Of a stretch of 64,000 nucleotides of DNA, positions 52,524 through 60,264 are shown piece by piece. The notes beneath the pieces are model-generated. The model was not told the origin of the DNA. It was given only the letters and a program-made list of their open reading frames with translations, and ran no database searches. The DNA is taken from IMG/VR virus record IMGVR_UViG_3300046820_001896. One strand, 5' to 3'. Every line of letters starts with the position of its first letter. The first letter of the stretch is position 1. The DNA is from a virus. Its lineage: Duplodnaviria > Heunggongvirae > Uroviricota > Caudoviricetes. Position numbers and translations under genes: made by a program.

Positions 52524-53957
52524 ATGATATTTGAAATTTTAGCAGAACGCAGTGAAAAAGATAGAAAAACATTTTTTTACGATAATATAAAAAATGTCTT
52601 ATCTTCAGAGGATGGTTTCATATTTAGTGTGGAAAATAAAAAAACACACAATCATATTGCTATACCATTTTCTAAAAAATCCCCATTGAAAAAATCAAAG
52701 AATATTACAAAACTAAAGATCCAAATGGGTCTTTCGTGTAACTATTCTTGCGACTATTGTTCTCAAAAGTTTGTTGGTCGTCCACCAGAAACCAATAAAA
52801 AAGACATTGATGACTTTATGAAAAAGTTAGAGGTGTTAGAATTCACAGAAGAACAAGGTTTATCAGTAGAATTTTGGGGAGGAGAGCCATTCGTTTATTG
52901 GAAAACTATGAAGCCTCTCGCAGAAGCTATTATGGAAAAGTTTTCTCATTGGAAAAATAGACCTAAGTTTTCAGTGATCACAAACGGTTCTATCTTAACA
53001 AGAGACATTTGTGCTTGGTTATATTACATGGGGTTTTATGTTTCAATTAGTCATGACGGTCCAGGGCAAAGTGTCAGAGGTCCTGATCCATTCGAAGACG
53101 AAGAAGCAAAAAAGATCGTATTAGAATTTTACAAAATAATGAAGCCACAAGGTAGAATTAGTTTTAATTCTATGCTTAATTCTAAAAATAAAAATCGGAA
53201 AGCAATTCACGAATGGTTTATCAATTTTACTGGAGATCCCGAAGTTCCTTTAGGAGAAGGTGCTTTAGTTGATGCATATGATTTAGATGGTATGAATAAT
53301 TCACTATCTACTAAAGAAGAACATTTTGAATTTAGAAGAAATTCTTTTAATGATATTAGATCGAATAATGGTTATATTGGATTTGGAACTATATTACAAA
53401 AAATAGATGGTTTTACTAATTCAGTGATGAATCAACTACCAGCTTCTGGATTAGGACAAAAGTGTGGAATGGATGATCAACATGTTTTAGCGATTGATAT
53501 GAAAGGCAATGTATTAACTTGTCAAAATGTATCTGCTGTTGAAACTGCAATGAATGGTGAATCTCATTTAGGCGGAAACTTAGATGACTACGATAATGTA
53601 GAGTTAAAATCTTCTACTCATTGGGCAAATAGAGAAGAGTGTTCAAAGTGCCCAGTTTTGCATCTATGCAAAGGTTCTTGTATGTTTTTAGATGGTCAGT
53701 TTTGGAAAACAACATGCGATAATGCTTATTCTGATAACATTTCACTTTTTGCTTTAGCATTCGAAAAGATGACATCAGGGTATATTCCATTGTACATAAA
53801 TAGTAATGAATTATCCCCAGAAAGAAAAGATATTTGGGGAACAATATTAAGCCATAAAGAAGAACCTACTAAAAAAATTATTCCTATTATTGCTGTAAGC
53901 GAAAAAACAGTATTAAATGATGTAGAAGTCTATACACAAGCAAAGGTAACACAATGA
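52524..53957 (+). CDS. radical SAM enzyme with C-terminal SPASM domain (peptide-maturase / anSME-like)
   Basis: C72-x3-C76-x2-C79 (SCNYSCDYC), GGEPF, VITNGS. SPASM signature C314-x13-G-x4-C333 and C373-x2-C376-x5-C382-x3-C386, then C398. RBS gagg. Confidence 0.88.
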   Translation: MIFEILAERSEKDRKTFFYDNIKNVLSSEDGFIFSVENKKTHNHIAIPFSKKSPLKKSKNITKLKIQMGLSCNYSCDYCSQKFVGRPPETNKKDIDDFMKKLEVLEFTEEQGLSVEFWGGEPFVYWKTMKPLAEAIMEKFSHWKNRPKFSVITNGSILTRDICAWLYYMGFYVSISHDGPGQSVRGPDPFEDEEAKKIVLEFYKIMKPQGRISFNSMLNSKNKNRKAIHEWFINFTGDPEVPLGEGALVDAYDLDGMNNSLSTKEEHFEFRRNSFNDIRSNNGYIGFGTILQKIDGFTNSVMNQLPASGLGQKCGMDDQHVLAIDMKGNVLTCQNVSAVETAMNGESHLGGNLDDYDNVELKSSTHWANREECSKCPVLHLCKGSCMFLDGQFWKTTCDNAYSDNISLFALAFEKMTSGYIPLYINSNELSPERKDIWGTILSHKEEPTKKIIPIIAVSEKTVLNDVEVYTQAKVTQ

Positions 53958-54274
53958 TATTAATTGATGTAGAAAGTCAAAATTTGCCTGAATTAATTCG
54001 TTTATATAAGACTATTCCTTATGTTGTCCAAATAAGATGCAATAAAATATTAAGACAGCATTATAAAGATTTTGTAGGAGAAGATGGTTTGTATGTTGCA
54101 TGTTTAGTGCAGGTGAAGTCAGGCGAAGACAAATATTTAAAGTTTGAAGATATCTTATCTAAAGAGGTGTGGGATGATCCCATGCAATATCAATATTGTC
54201 TGCAGAATATGAAATTAAAAATAGATGATTACATAGAAAATGATGTTCTTCCAAAAACACCATATAGCGAGTAA
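53954..54274 (+). CDS. small protein, paralogue A of a tandem pair (106 aa)
   Basis: ATGA overlap with the rSAM gene. Shares NL..L......V.Q.R....L.Q...D.VG.DG....CL and K..IDDYI..D..P with the next ORF. Confidence 0.65.
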   Translation: MILIDVESQNLPELIRLYKTIPYVVQIRCNKILRQHYKDFVGEDGLYVACLVQVKSGEDKYLKFEDILSKEVWDDPMQYQYCLQNMKLKIDDYIENDVLPKTPYSE

Positions 54275-54276
54275 TT

Positions 54277-54573
54277 ATGGAAACACCTAATTTATTAACT
54301 TTAGTAAATCGTCTTAGACAAACTGAACATGTTACGCAAGTTAGATATCACCAAGTTTTAAAACAACGTTTTAGAGATTTAGTTGGAGTAGATGGTATTT
54401 CAATTGTATGTTTACTTACTAATAAAGCTAATCCTGAAAATTTTGTGAAAATTGTAACTATTTTAGAAGCTTCAGTAATTGAGAATTTAGAACGACATGA
54501 TGCTATCATAGAAGATATTAAAACAAGAATCGATGATTATATCATCAGAGATATAAGGCCACCAAAATTCTAA
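54277..54573 (+). CDS. small protein, paralogue B of the tandem pair (98 aa)
   Basis: See paralogue A. 2-nt gap. Confidence 0.65.
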   Translation: METPNLLTLVNRLRQTEHVTQVRYHQVLKQRFRDLVGVDGISIVCLLTNKANPENFVKIVTILEASVIENLERHDAIIEDIKTRIDDYIIRDIRPPKF

Positions 54574-55307
54574 TGTTAACAGATCAAGAAATTAATGACT
54601 ATTACGATAGTCTTGTGCCAGTTATGCCAAGACCAGAAGATCGTGTCGTAGATATGTCATTTAAAAATACTAATACCAACATTCTAATATCTGCCGGTAG
54701 ATTATTAGCTGTTGCCAATTATTCTGCAAGCGTAAAAGCATTAGCAGAATTTAATAAATCTAATATTTTTACATTTCAATTAGTAGGAATGGAAGAACGT
54801 CCAAATTTATATTTTCAAAAAAATAAATGTTGGAGAATTCGTGTTACTGAAGATGGTAAAGCTTGGCAAGATTCGCCTAATATTGAATCAATCGAACAAT
54901 TATATGATTTTATTTTAATCTCTCAAAAAGCTGCAGTCTTAGATGTTATTCATCGTCGTTTAGATATGAATAGACGTAGAGAAATTAAAGCTGCACAAGG
55001 TCAAAATCACATCTATTTTGCAAAATATTTAGAAGCAAAAGAAATCCTTGAAAAAGGAATTACTGAAGATCCTATTTGTAAATATCCATTTGTTACTGGA
55101 TATGCTGATTTAGTCGGAATGGATATTGTAGAAGCATCTAAGCGCATTAAATTTAAGTATGAAACTCGTGCATCATTTTTAGCAGAAAATGAAACGCTTA
55201 GATTAAAATATACTGCATTCGTTAAACAGCAAACTACTCTGGAAGATTTAGGTGCTGTGTTAGAACAATTTAAAGCTGAAAGCACAAAGTACGGCGATTC
55301 ACTATGA
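54573..55307 (+). CDS. hypothetical protein of the cassette (244 aa)
   Basis: TAATG overlap upstream and ATGA overlap downstream. Confidence 0.65.
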   Translation: MLTDQEINDYYDSLVPVMPRPEDRVVDMSFKNTNTNILISAGRLLAVANYSASVKALAEFNKSNIFTFQLVGMEERPNLYFQKNKCWRIRVTEDGKAWQDSPNIESIEQLYDFILISQKAAVLDVIHRRLDMNRRREIKAAQGQNHIYFAKYLEAKEILEKGITEDPICKYPFVTGYADLVGMDIVEASKRIKFKYETRASFLAENETLRLKYTAFVKQQTTLEDLGAVLEQFKAESTKYGDSL

Positions 55308-56425
55308 GCACTATATTTTATAATAGTTATGATATCTTCGTAAATGAAGCATATCATGAAAAACGCAATCAAATTCCAGGTGGTCATGCATTTGGTGGTT
55401 ATTTTCAATTATTTTCTAGCAATATTACATCTATTGACAGAACGAATACATTTAGTATACCACTAAAGACTACTGTATTACCTCATCTTCAAATGCCAAA
55501 AATGAGAACATTCACTAAATCATTTAGTGATATTTGTGATGATAGAGCCATTGAATTGATGAATAAAGCTAAGACAGATAATCGTAAGATTGCGGTTATG
55601 TACAGCGGAGGAATTGATTCTACTGTTATTCTGTGTGCTTTATTAAAGAACTGCACAGAACAAGATTTAAAAAACCATGTAATTGTGCTTTTGACAGATC
55701 ATAGTATTTTAGAAAATCCTAATTTTTATAATGACTATATTATCAAAAAGTTTGAATGTGTTTCAAGTTATAGATTTCCATATTTCCTAGGGAATGATGA
55801 TTACATCGTAATTTCTGGTGAAAATGCAGATCAATTGTTTGGTTCACAAGTAGTTGCTAAATTTATTGCATATCGTTCGTTTGATTATTTGTTTACTCCA
55901 TTAGATCAAGCTGCTGGGGATATCATTGATTGGATGACTATGAAATTGCAAGATGAATATAAAAAATATGCGCCTTATTATTGGCAAATGTTTAGACATC
56001 TTTGCAATGCTGCTCCGATTCCTATTGATAACGTATATAAATTTTTCTGGTGGATTAACTTTACAAACAAATGGCAATCAGTATATGTTCGTATTTTACC
56101 ATACGCTAAAAATAGAAGTAATATTAAATTAGAAGATAATTACACTACGTTTTTCTGCCCGCAAGATTTCCAATTGTGGTCATTAAATAATCCAGATAAT
56201 CTAGTAAAAGAATCTTTAGATAATGTAAAATATATCGCAAAAGATTATATTTTAGATTTTAATGGAGATCAATCTTACTATAAAAAACCTAAGATTGGTA
56301 GCTTAACTAATATTGTGAAGCAAAAAGAAATTGTTATGTTATTAAATGATGATATGACATTTACAAATGACTACCCAGATAGTCAACACTGGAATGAAAC
56401 AAACACTTTTTCGGAGATGATGTAA
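55304..56425 (+). CDS. PP-loop ATP pyrophosphatase, asparagine synthetase B synthetase-domain-like (lasso-cyclase-like)
   Basis: IAVMYSGGIDST (SGGxDS, residues 101-106) and ISGENADQLFG (AsnB GEGADELFGG). No N-terminal glutaminase Cys. Confidence 0.7.
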   Translation: MSTIFYNSYDIFVNEAYHEKRNQIPGGHAFGGYFQLFSSNITSIDRTNTFSIPLKTTVLPHLQMPKMRTFTKSFSDICDDRAIELMNKAKTDNRKIAVMYSGGIDSTVILCALLKNCTEQDLKNHVIVLLTDHSILENPNFYNDYIIKKFECVSSYRFPYFLGNDDYIVISGENADQLFGSQVVAKFIAYRSFDYLFTPLDQAAGDIIDWMTMKLQDEYKKYAPYYWQMFRHLCNAAPIPIDNVYKFFWWINFTNKWQSVYVRILPYAKNRSNIKLEDNYTTFFCPQDFQLWSLNNPDNLVKESLDNVKYIAKDYILDFNGDQSYYKKPKIGSLTNIVKQKEIVMLLNDDMTFTNDYPDSQHWNETNTFSEMM

Positions 56426-57069
56426 TGATTATTGAAAACAAGATTGATGTGCTAGATACGATGTATCCTTGTTATGCTGAAAAAGTAGTAAATGCATTAT
56501 ATCACTCTAAAGCATATTGTACATTATATGGATATATTATGTCAGGAGAAGTTACATTTCCTAATGGAAGTGTAGCTGTAGAAGGGCAATATTTTTGTTA
56601 TTGGACTGGTGAAGGTGATTCTATTAGAACTACTGGTGAAGTTTACATATTCACACGCTTTGGATTCAAAGGACAAAACACCATTGGTGGTCCAATTGAA
56701 GAAAGCGGTCGTTTAGTTTATATAGATTCTTGTTCTGATAGTTTATTGGTGTATCCTCCTAGAATGGGAGATCCATCTTTAAACTTATTACAATTTCCTT
56801 CTGCTGTCAAACAATCGTATCATATCCATCCGAGCATTAGACTTGGAGTAGTTGTAAAAGGTAAAGGATATGCTTGTATCAAAAAAGCATATGAAGAAGA
56901 ACAAATTGAATTAAAGCCAGGTGTTATGTTCTGTATAGAAGAAAGAGAACAACATCGTTTTATGACAACATACGATGAAATGACAGTTATAGCATTCCAT
57001 CCAGACGGTGATTGGGGTCCAACTGATCATAATCACACAATGTTAAACAGAACATATATTACGAAATAA
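56425..57069 (+). CDS. cupin-fold protein (tentative)
   Basis: SYHIHPSIRLGVVVKGKG and KPGVMFCIEEREQHRF resemble the two cupin motifs. TAATG overlap. Confidence 0.45.
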   Translation: MIIENKIDVLDTMYPCYAEKVVNALYHSKAYCTLYGYIMSGEVTFPNGSVAVEGQYFCYWTGEGDSIRTTGEVYIFTRFGFKGQNTIGGPIEESGRLVYIDSCSDSLLVYPPRMGDPSLNLLQFPSAVKQSYHIHPSIRLGVVVKGKGYACIKKAYEEEQIELKPGVMFCIEEREQHRFMTTYDEMTVIAFHPDGDWGPTDHNHTMLNRTYITK

Positions 57070-57081
57070 TCGGAGAAAAAT

Positions 57082-57441
57082 ATGGCAGCGCCAAATATCG
57101 TTAACGTTTCAAACATTACTGGAAAAACAGCTGTAATGTTTGTTACTACATCTGCGCAAGATCTTATCACAAATCCTGCATCTAGCAATAAAGTTTTAAA
57201 ACTAAATAGTTTGACTATTGCTAACGTTAACGGAACTGCAGCTGCATCTGTGACTGTTAGTATTTTTAGAAGTTCATCAGAGTATAAACTTGCACATACT
57301 GTTTTCGTTCCAGCAAATGCTACTTTAGTTGTAGTATCAAAGGATAGTGGAATTTATTTAGAAGAAGGCGATAGTTTACGCATTGTCGGATCAGCAAATA
57401 ATTATTTGCATGCAGTATGTGGATATGAGAGCATTAGTTAA
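57082..57441 (+). CDS. small beta-rich structural protein (119 aa), distant paralogue of 62650-62991
   Basis: RBS ggag. Shared VSNIT.K start and L.IANV...V.VS......Y...V.V.PN.S pattern. Confidence 0.6.
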   Translation: MAAPNIVNVSNITGKTAVMFVTTSAQDLITNPASSNKVLKLNSLTIANVNGTAAASVTVSIFRSSSEYKLAHTVFVPANATLVVVSKDSGIYLEEGDSLRIVGSANNYLHAVCGYESIS

Positions 57442-58073
57442 TGTCTTTACGCAACAAAGGTAAAGCTGGTTATATTGGATACGACCGTGTTAGTAGTCCT
57501 GATGTTGGAAGCGGTATATGGAACTTAAACCAACATCACACAGCTGTATCTGATTATAGTTGGGCTGGTCAGTCTGTATACACAAACTATGATGGAAATT
57601 TAAATGGTTTTACTGTTAGCGGAGCTACTACTAGCAGTAATGCCATATATGTTCCAGGAAATAGTTATGCATATAGAGATATGATATCTCCGTTCACTAG
57701 TTTATTATTTAAAACAATGACTTTTGAAGTTTATATTAGCGGCGGAGTATGTGGTGTATTAATTGGAAGTTCTACTGCCGGTAGAGGACCTTTATTAAAA
57801 CTAGATGCACGTGGCGGCAGTAATTATAGCGGTATGATGTTCCAAACTTCTTGGACTGTTAGAGGTGATCCTCCAGTTACCGGTGTGCAATTACCAGCGA
57901 ATTCATGGGTACCTGTGCGACTAGAAGTTAATAATGCGATGCGTATTGACTGGTCTGCAAATAATAGGTATGATCGTCAACCTATTCTTTTATCTGGTCC
58001 ATTTATTACATTCCTTGGATTAGGCGGCGGCGGTTATTTTAGAAATATTAGAGTTTATAATGGTGTATCATAA
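57441..58073 (+). CDS. structural protein with GIWNLNQ N-terminal motif (210 aa)
   Basis: TAATG overlap. GSGIWNLNQHH shared with GIWHLKQVG of the next ORF. Confidence 0.6.
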   Translation: MSLRNKGKAGYIGYDRVSSPDVGSGIWNLNQHHTAVSDYSWAGQSVYTNYDGNLNGFTVSGATTSSNAIYVPGNSYAYRDMISPFTSLLFKTMTFEVYISGGVCGVLIGSSTAGRGPLLKLDARGGSNYSGMMFQTSWTVRGDPPVTGVQLPANSWVPVRLEVNNAMRIDWSANNRYDRQPILLSGPFITFLGLGGGGYFRNIRVYNGVS

Positions 58074-59266
58074 TGTATAACGGCGGAATATTTGGTAAAA
58101 AAAATTATCCAAACGTTTTTAATGCTAATGGTATATGGCATTTAAAACAAGTTGGGGATTTTATACATCGTGGTGAATGGTATTTTGCAAGAAGCGCAAC
58201 TGTTAATGCTACTTCATTTTTAGAAGGTGATACTATCACTGTTACAATTAATGCTCCAAGCTTACCAGACGGTACAAAACTATATTGGACTATTAATACT
58301 GTTTCAGGAACTATTCGTACAGATGATTTCGATAATCGTATTTTGAATGGTCCGCTTTCTATTATTAATGGAAAAGATACGACTAGTAGAAAATTAGAAA
58401 CAAGTAAACAAGGAGATGGTAATAGATCATTTACTATTGCTATTAGAACTGAATCTGTAGAAGGTCCAATTATTGCAACTACTCCTGTTTTAACACTAGA
58501 CGACGTAGCTCGTGGCGGTAATGCCATTTTTGATAGAGGTGGATATCGATATCATAAATTTACTTCTTCTGGTAATTTCCTTTGTAATCGTTCTCTCGGT
58601 TTAACTGTATTTGCAGTTGGCGGAGGCGGTGGCGGTGGCGGTAATGGTGGAGGTGGCGGCGGTGGCGGAGGTATCGTATATACAAATATCTCTGTTGGAG
58701 CTGGAACTTATTTTATTGGAATAGGTGGAGGAGGAAGCGCAGCTCCTAATGGTAGTGTACACGGAGGAAACGGTGGAGCTACCACATTTCAAGGATTTAT
58801 AACTGCTAATGGCGGTGGCGGTGGTGGCTCTCGAGACACAGATCGTAACGGTTATTATGGTGGTTCAGGTGGTGGTGGATCTAGTAATGGTGGAGGAGGT
58901 GGCGGTACTCCTGGCCAAGGTAATAATGGTGGTAATGGTATTATTGCTGGTTCTGGTGAAGTCCAATCTACTGGCGGTGGTGGCGGTGGATATGGCGGTG
59001 GTGGACAAAACGGTGCTGCTAAAGATGCTGGTAATGGTGGACCAGGAGGTGCATTTGATCCAACTGCCGACGGTACTGCAGAATATTATTCTGGCGGCGG
59101 AGGTGGAGGTAGAACTGTTTTCGGTACTACTGGTTCAAATGGTCAAGGGCAAGGTGTCAATAGAGGTGGAGGAGGTAAAGGCGGTTCTGGAGGATCGACT
59201 TCATTTGCTGCTCAAGCTGGAGACACAGGCTATTGTGTAATTCGTTATTTGATTCCGAGTAATTAA
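58073..59266 (+). CDS. glycine-rich domain protein (397 aa)
   Basis: N-terminal GIWHLKQ motif. C-terminal half with G7NG9 and repeated GGGGxG/NGG tracts interrupted by short beta-like segments (IVYTNISVGAGTYFIGIGGGG). Confidence 0.7.
   Translation: MYNGGIFGKKNYPNVFNANGIWHLKQVGDFIHRGEWYFARSATVNATSFLEGDTITVTINAPSLPDGTKLYWTINTVSGTIRTDDFDNRILNGPLSIINGKDTTSRKLETSKQGDGNRSFTIAIRTESVEGPIIATTPVLTLDDVARGGNAIFDRGGYRYHKFTSSGNFLCNRSLGLTVFAVGGGGGGGGNGGGGGGGGGIVYTNISVGAGTYFIGIGGGGSAAPNGSVHGGNGGATTFQGFITANGGGGGGSRDTDRNGYYGGSGGGGSSNGGGGGGTPGQGNNGGNGIIAGSGEVQSTGGGGGGYGGGGQNGAAKDAGNGGPGGAFDPTADGTAEYYSGGGGGGRTVFGTTGSNGQGQGVNRGGGGKGGSGGSTSFAAQAGDTGYCVIRYLIPSN
58619..58672 (+). repeat. (GGN)18 low-complexity coding repeat
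   Basis: ggc gga ggc ggt ggc ggt ggc ggt aat ggt gga ggt ggc ggc ggt ggc gga ggt. Confidence 0.9.
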
Positions 59267-59267
59267 T

Positions 59268-59636
59268 ATGGCAACATACGCTCAAATAGATGAAAATGAT
59301 TTTGTAGTAAATGTTATAGTTGCTGAAGAAGAATTTATTGCTTCTTTACCTAATACTGCTGAATTTATACAAACATCCAGAAATACGTATGGAGGAGTAC
59401 ATGTATTAGGCAAAACTCCGCTTAGAAAAAATTATGCAGCTATTGGTTATTTTTACGATAGAAATAGAGATGCATTTATTCCGCCAAAGCTTTTTGATTC
59501 ATTCGTATTTAATGAAGATACATGTCAATGGGATCCTCCTATTCCATGTCCAAATAAAGATGGATACATGTATAAATGGAATGAAAATACAATCTCATGG
59601 ATAGAGCAATTAATTCCTCCAGATGATTCGGCGTAA
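59268..59636 (+). CDS. conserved phage hypothetical protein (122 aa)
   Basis: MATYAQIDENDFVVNVIVAEEEFI is a common phage N-terminus (from memory). Confidence 0.6.
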   Translation: MATYAQIDENDFVVNVIVAEEEFIASLPNTAEFIQTSRNTYGGVHVLGKTPLRKNYAAIGYFYDRNRDAFIPPKLFDSFVFNEDTCQWDPPIPCPNKDGYMYKWNENTISWIEQLIPPDDSA

Positions 59637-59647
59637 GCAGTAAATCA

Positions 59648-59655
59648 TATAAATA
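59648..59655 (+). promoter_or_regulatory. T4-type late promoter motif TATAAATA
   Basis: Exact TATAAATA 34 nt upstream of the ATG at 59689. Confidence 0.55.
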
Positions 59656-59688
59656 AAGCCAGAATAACAATATTTTGGATTTGCATTA

Positions 59689-60027
59689 ATGTCTCAGTTA
59701 GTTAACCTAGTTATCGACCAAGGATCAGACTTCGTAGCCACGTTGGATATCGAAGATTCCATTGGTACTGCATTGGATTTAGCTCCATACACAGTGCGTG
59801 GTCAAATTAGAAAGACATACACTTCGCTTACAGCAACAGTAATTGGTTGCACAAAAACAGATAACAGAGGCGAAGTAAAATTAACGCTGACAAATGAACA
59901 AACGTCAGCTATGCGTGACGGTCGTTATGTGTATGATATTGAGATTGTCCATTCAATTTTAGGCACAGTAATTCGTGTTGTTGAAGGACAAGTAACAGTA
60001 ACTCCTAGAGCAACTCGACCAGCGTAA
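59689..60027 (+). CDS. Ig-like/beta-sandwich structural protein (112 aa)
   Basis: ORF after a late promoter. Alternating beta-strand pattern. Confidence 0.55.
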   Translation: MSQLVNLVIDQGSDFVATLDIEDSIGTALDLAPYTVRGQIRKTYTSLTATVIGCTKTDNRGEVKLTLTNEQTSAMRDGRYVYDIEIVHSILGTVIRVVEGQVTVTPRATRPA

Positions 60028-60036
60028 GAGGCATAA

Positions 60037-60261
60037 ATGACAACATTAAGATCAAGAATTAAACTTGACACACCAGTCACAGTACGTACTTTTGCTCTTG
60101 GTATCACATCGTTAAATTTACTAGATTTAAATGACGTAGATTCCACTGAATTAGAAGATGGTGCGATGATGATATATGATGCTGATACTGCAAAATTCAA
60201 ACTAACAGCTACGATCGATCATCCTCGATCAAAAGTAAAAATCATCGGAGGAAAGTACTAA
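60037..60261 (+). CDS. hypothetical structural protein (74 aa)
   Basis: RBS agagg. Confidence 0.5.
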   Translation: MTTLRSRIKLDTPVTVRTFALGITSLNLLDLNDVDSTELEDGAMMIYDADTAKFKLTATIDHPRSKVKIIGGKY

Positions 60262-60264
60262 ACC

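Noticed and set aside
52524-53957. rSAM-SPASM enzyme as an anaerobic sulfatase-maturating enzyme
   Set aside because: No sulfatase gene and no C/S-x-P-x-R target motif occur in the adjacent Cys-rich ORF or elsewhere in the window. The adjacent Cys-rich ORF fits a peptide-maturase context better.
52524-56425. Reading the rSAM plus PP-loop pair as QueE/QueC (7-deazaguanine DNA modification pathway)
   Set aside because: The rSAM protein is 477 aa with a full SPASM domain, which QueE lacks. The PP-loop protein is 373 aa with the AsnB-type GENADQLFG motif rather than the QueC zinc-binding C-terminus. No FolE, QueD or DpdA-like genes are nearby. This is not formally excluded without profile searches.
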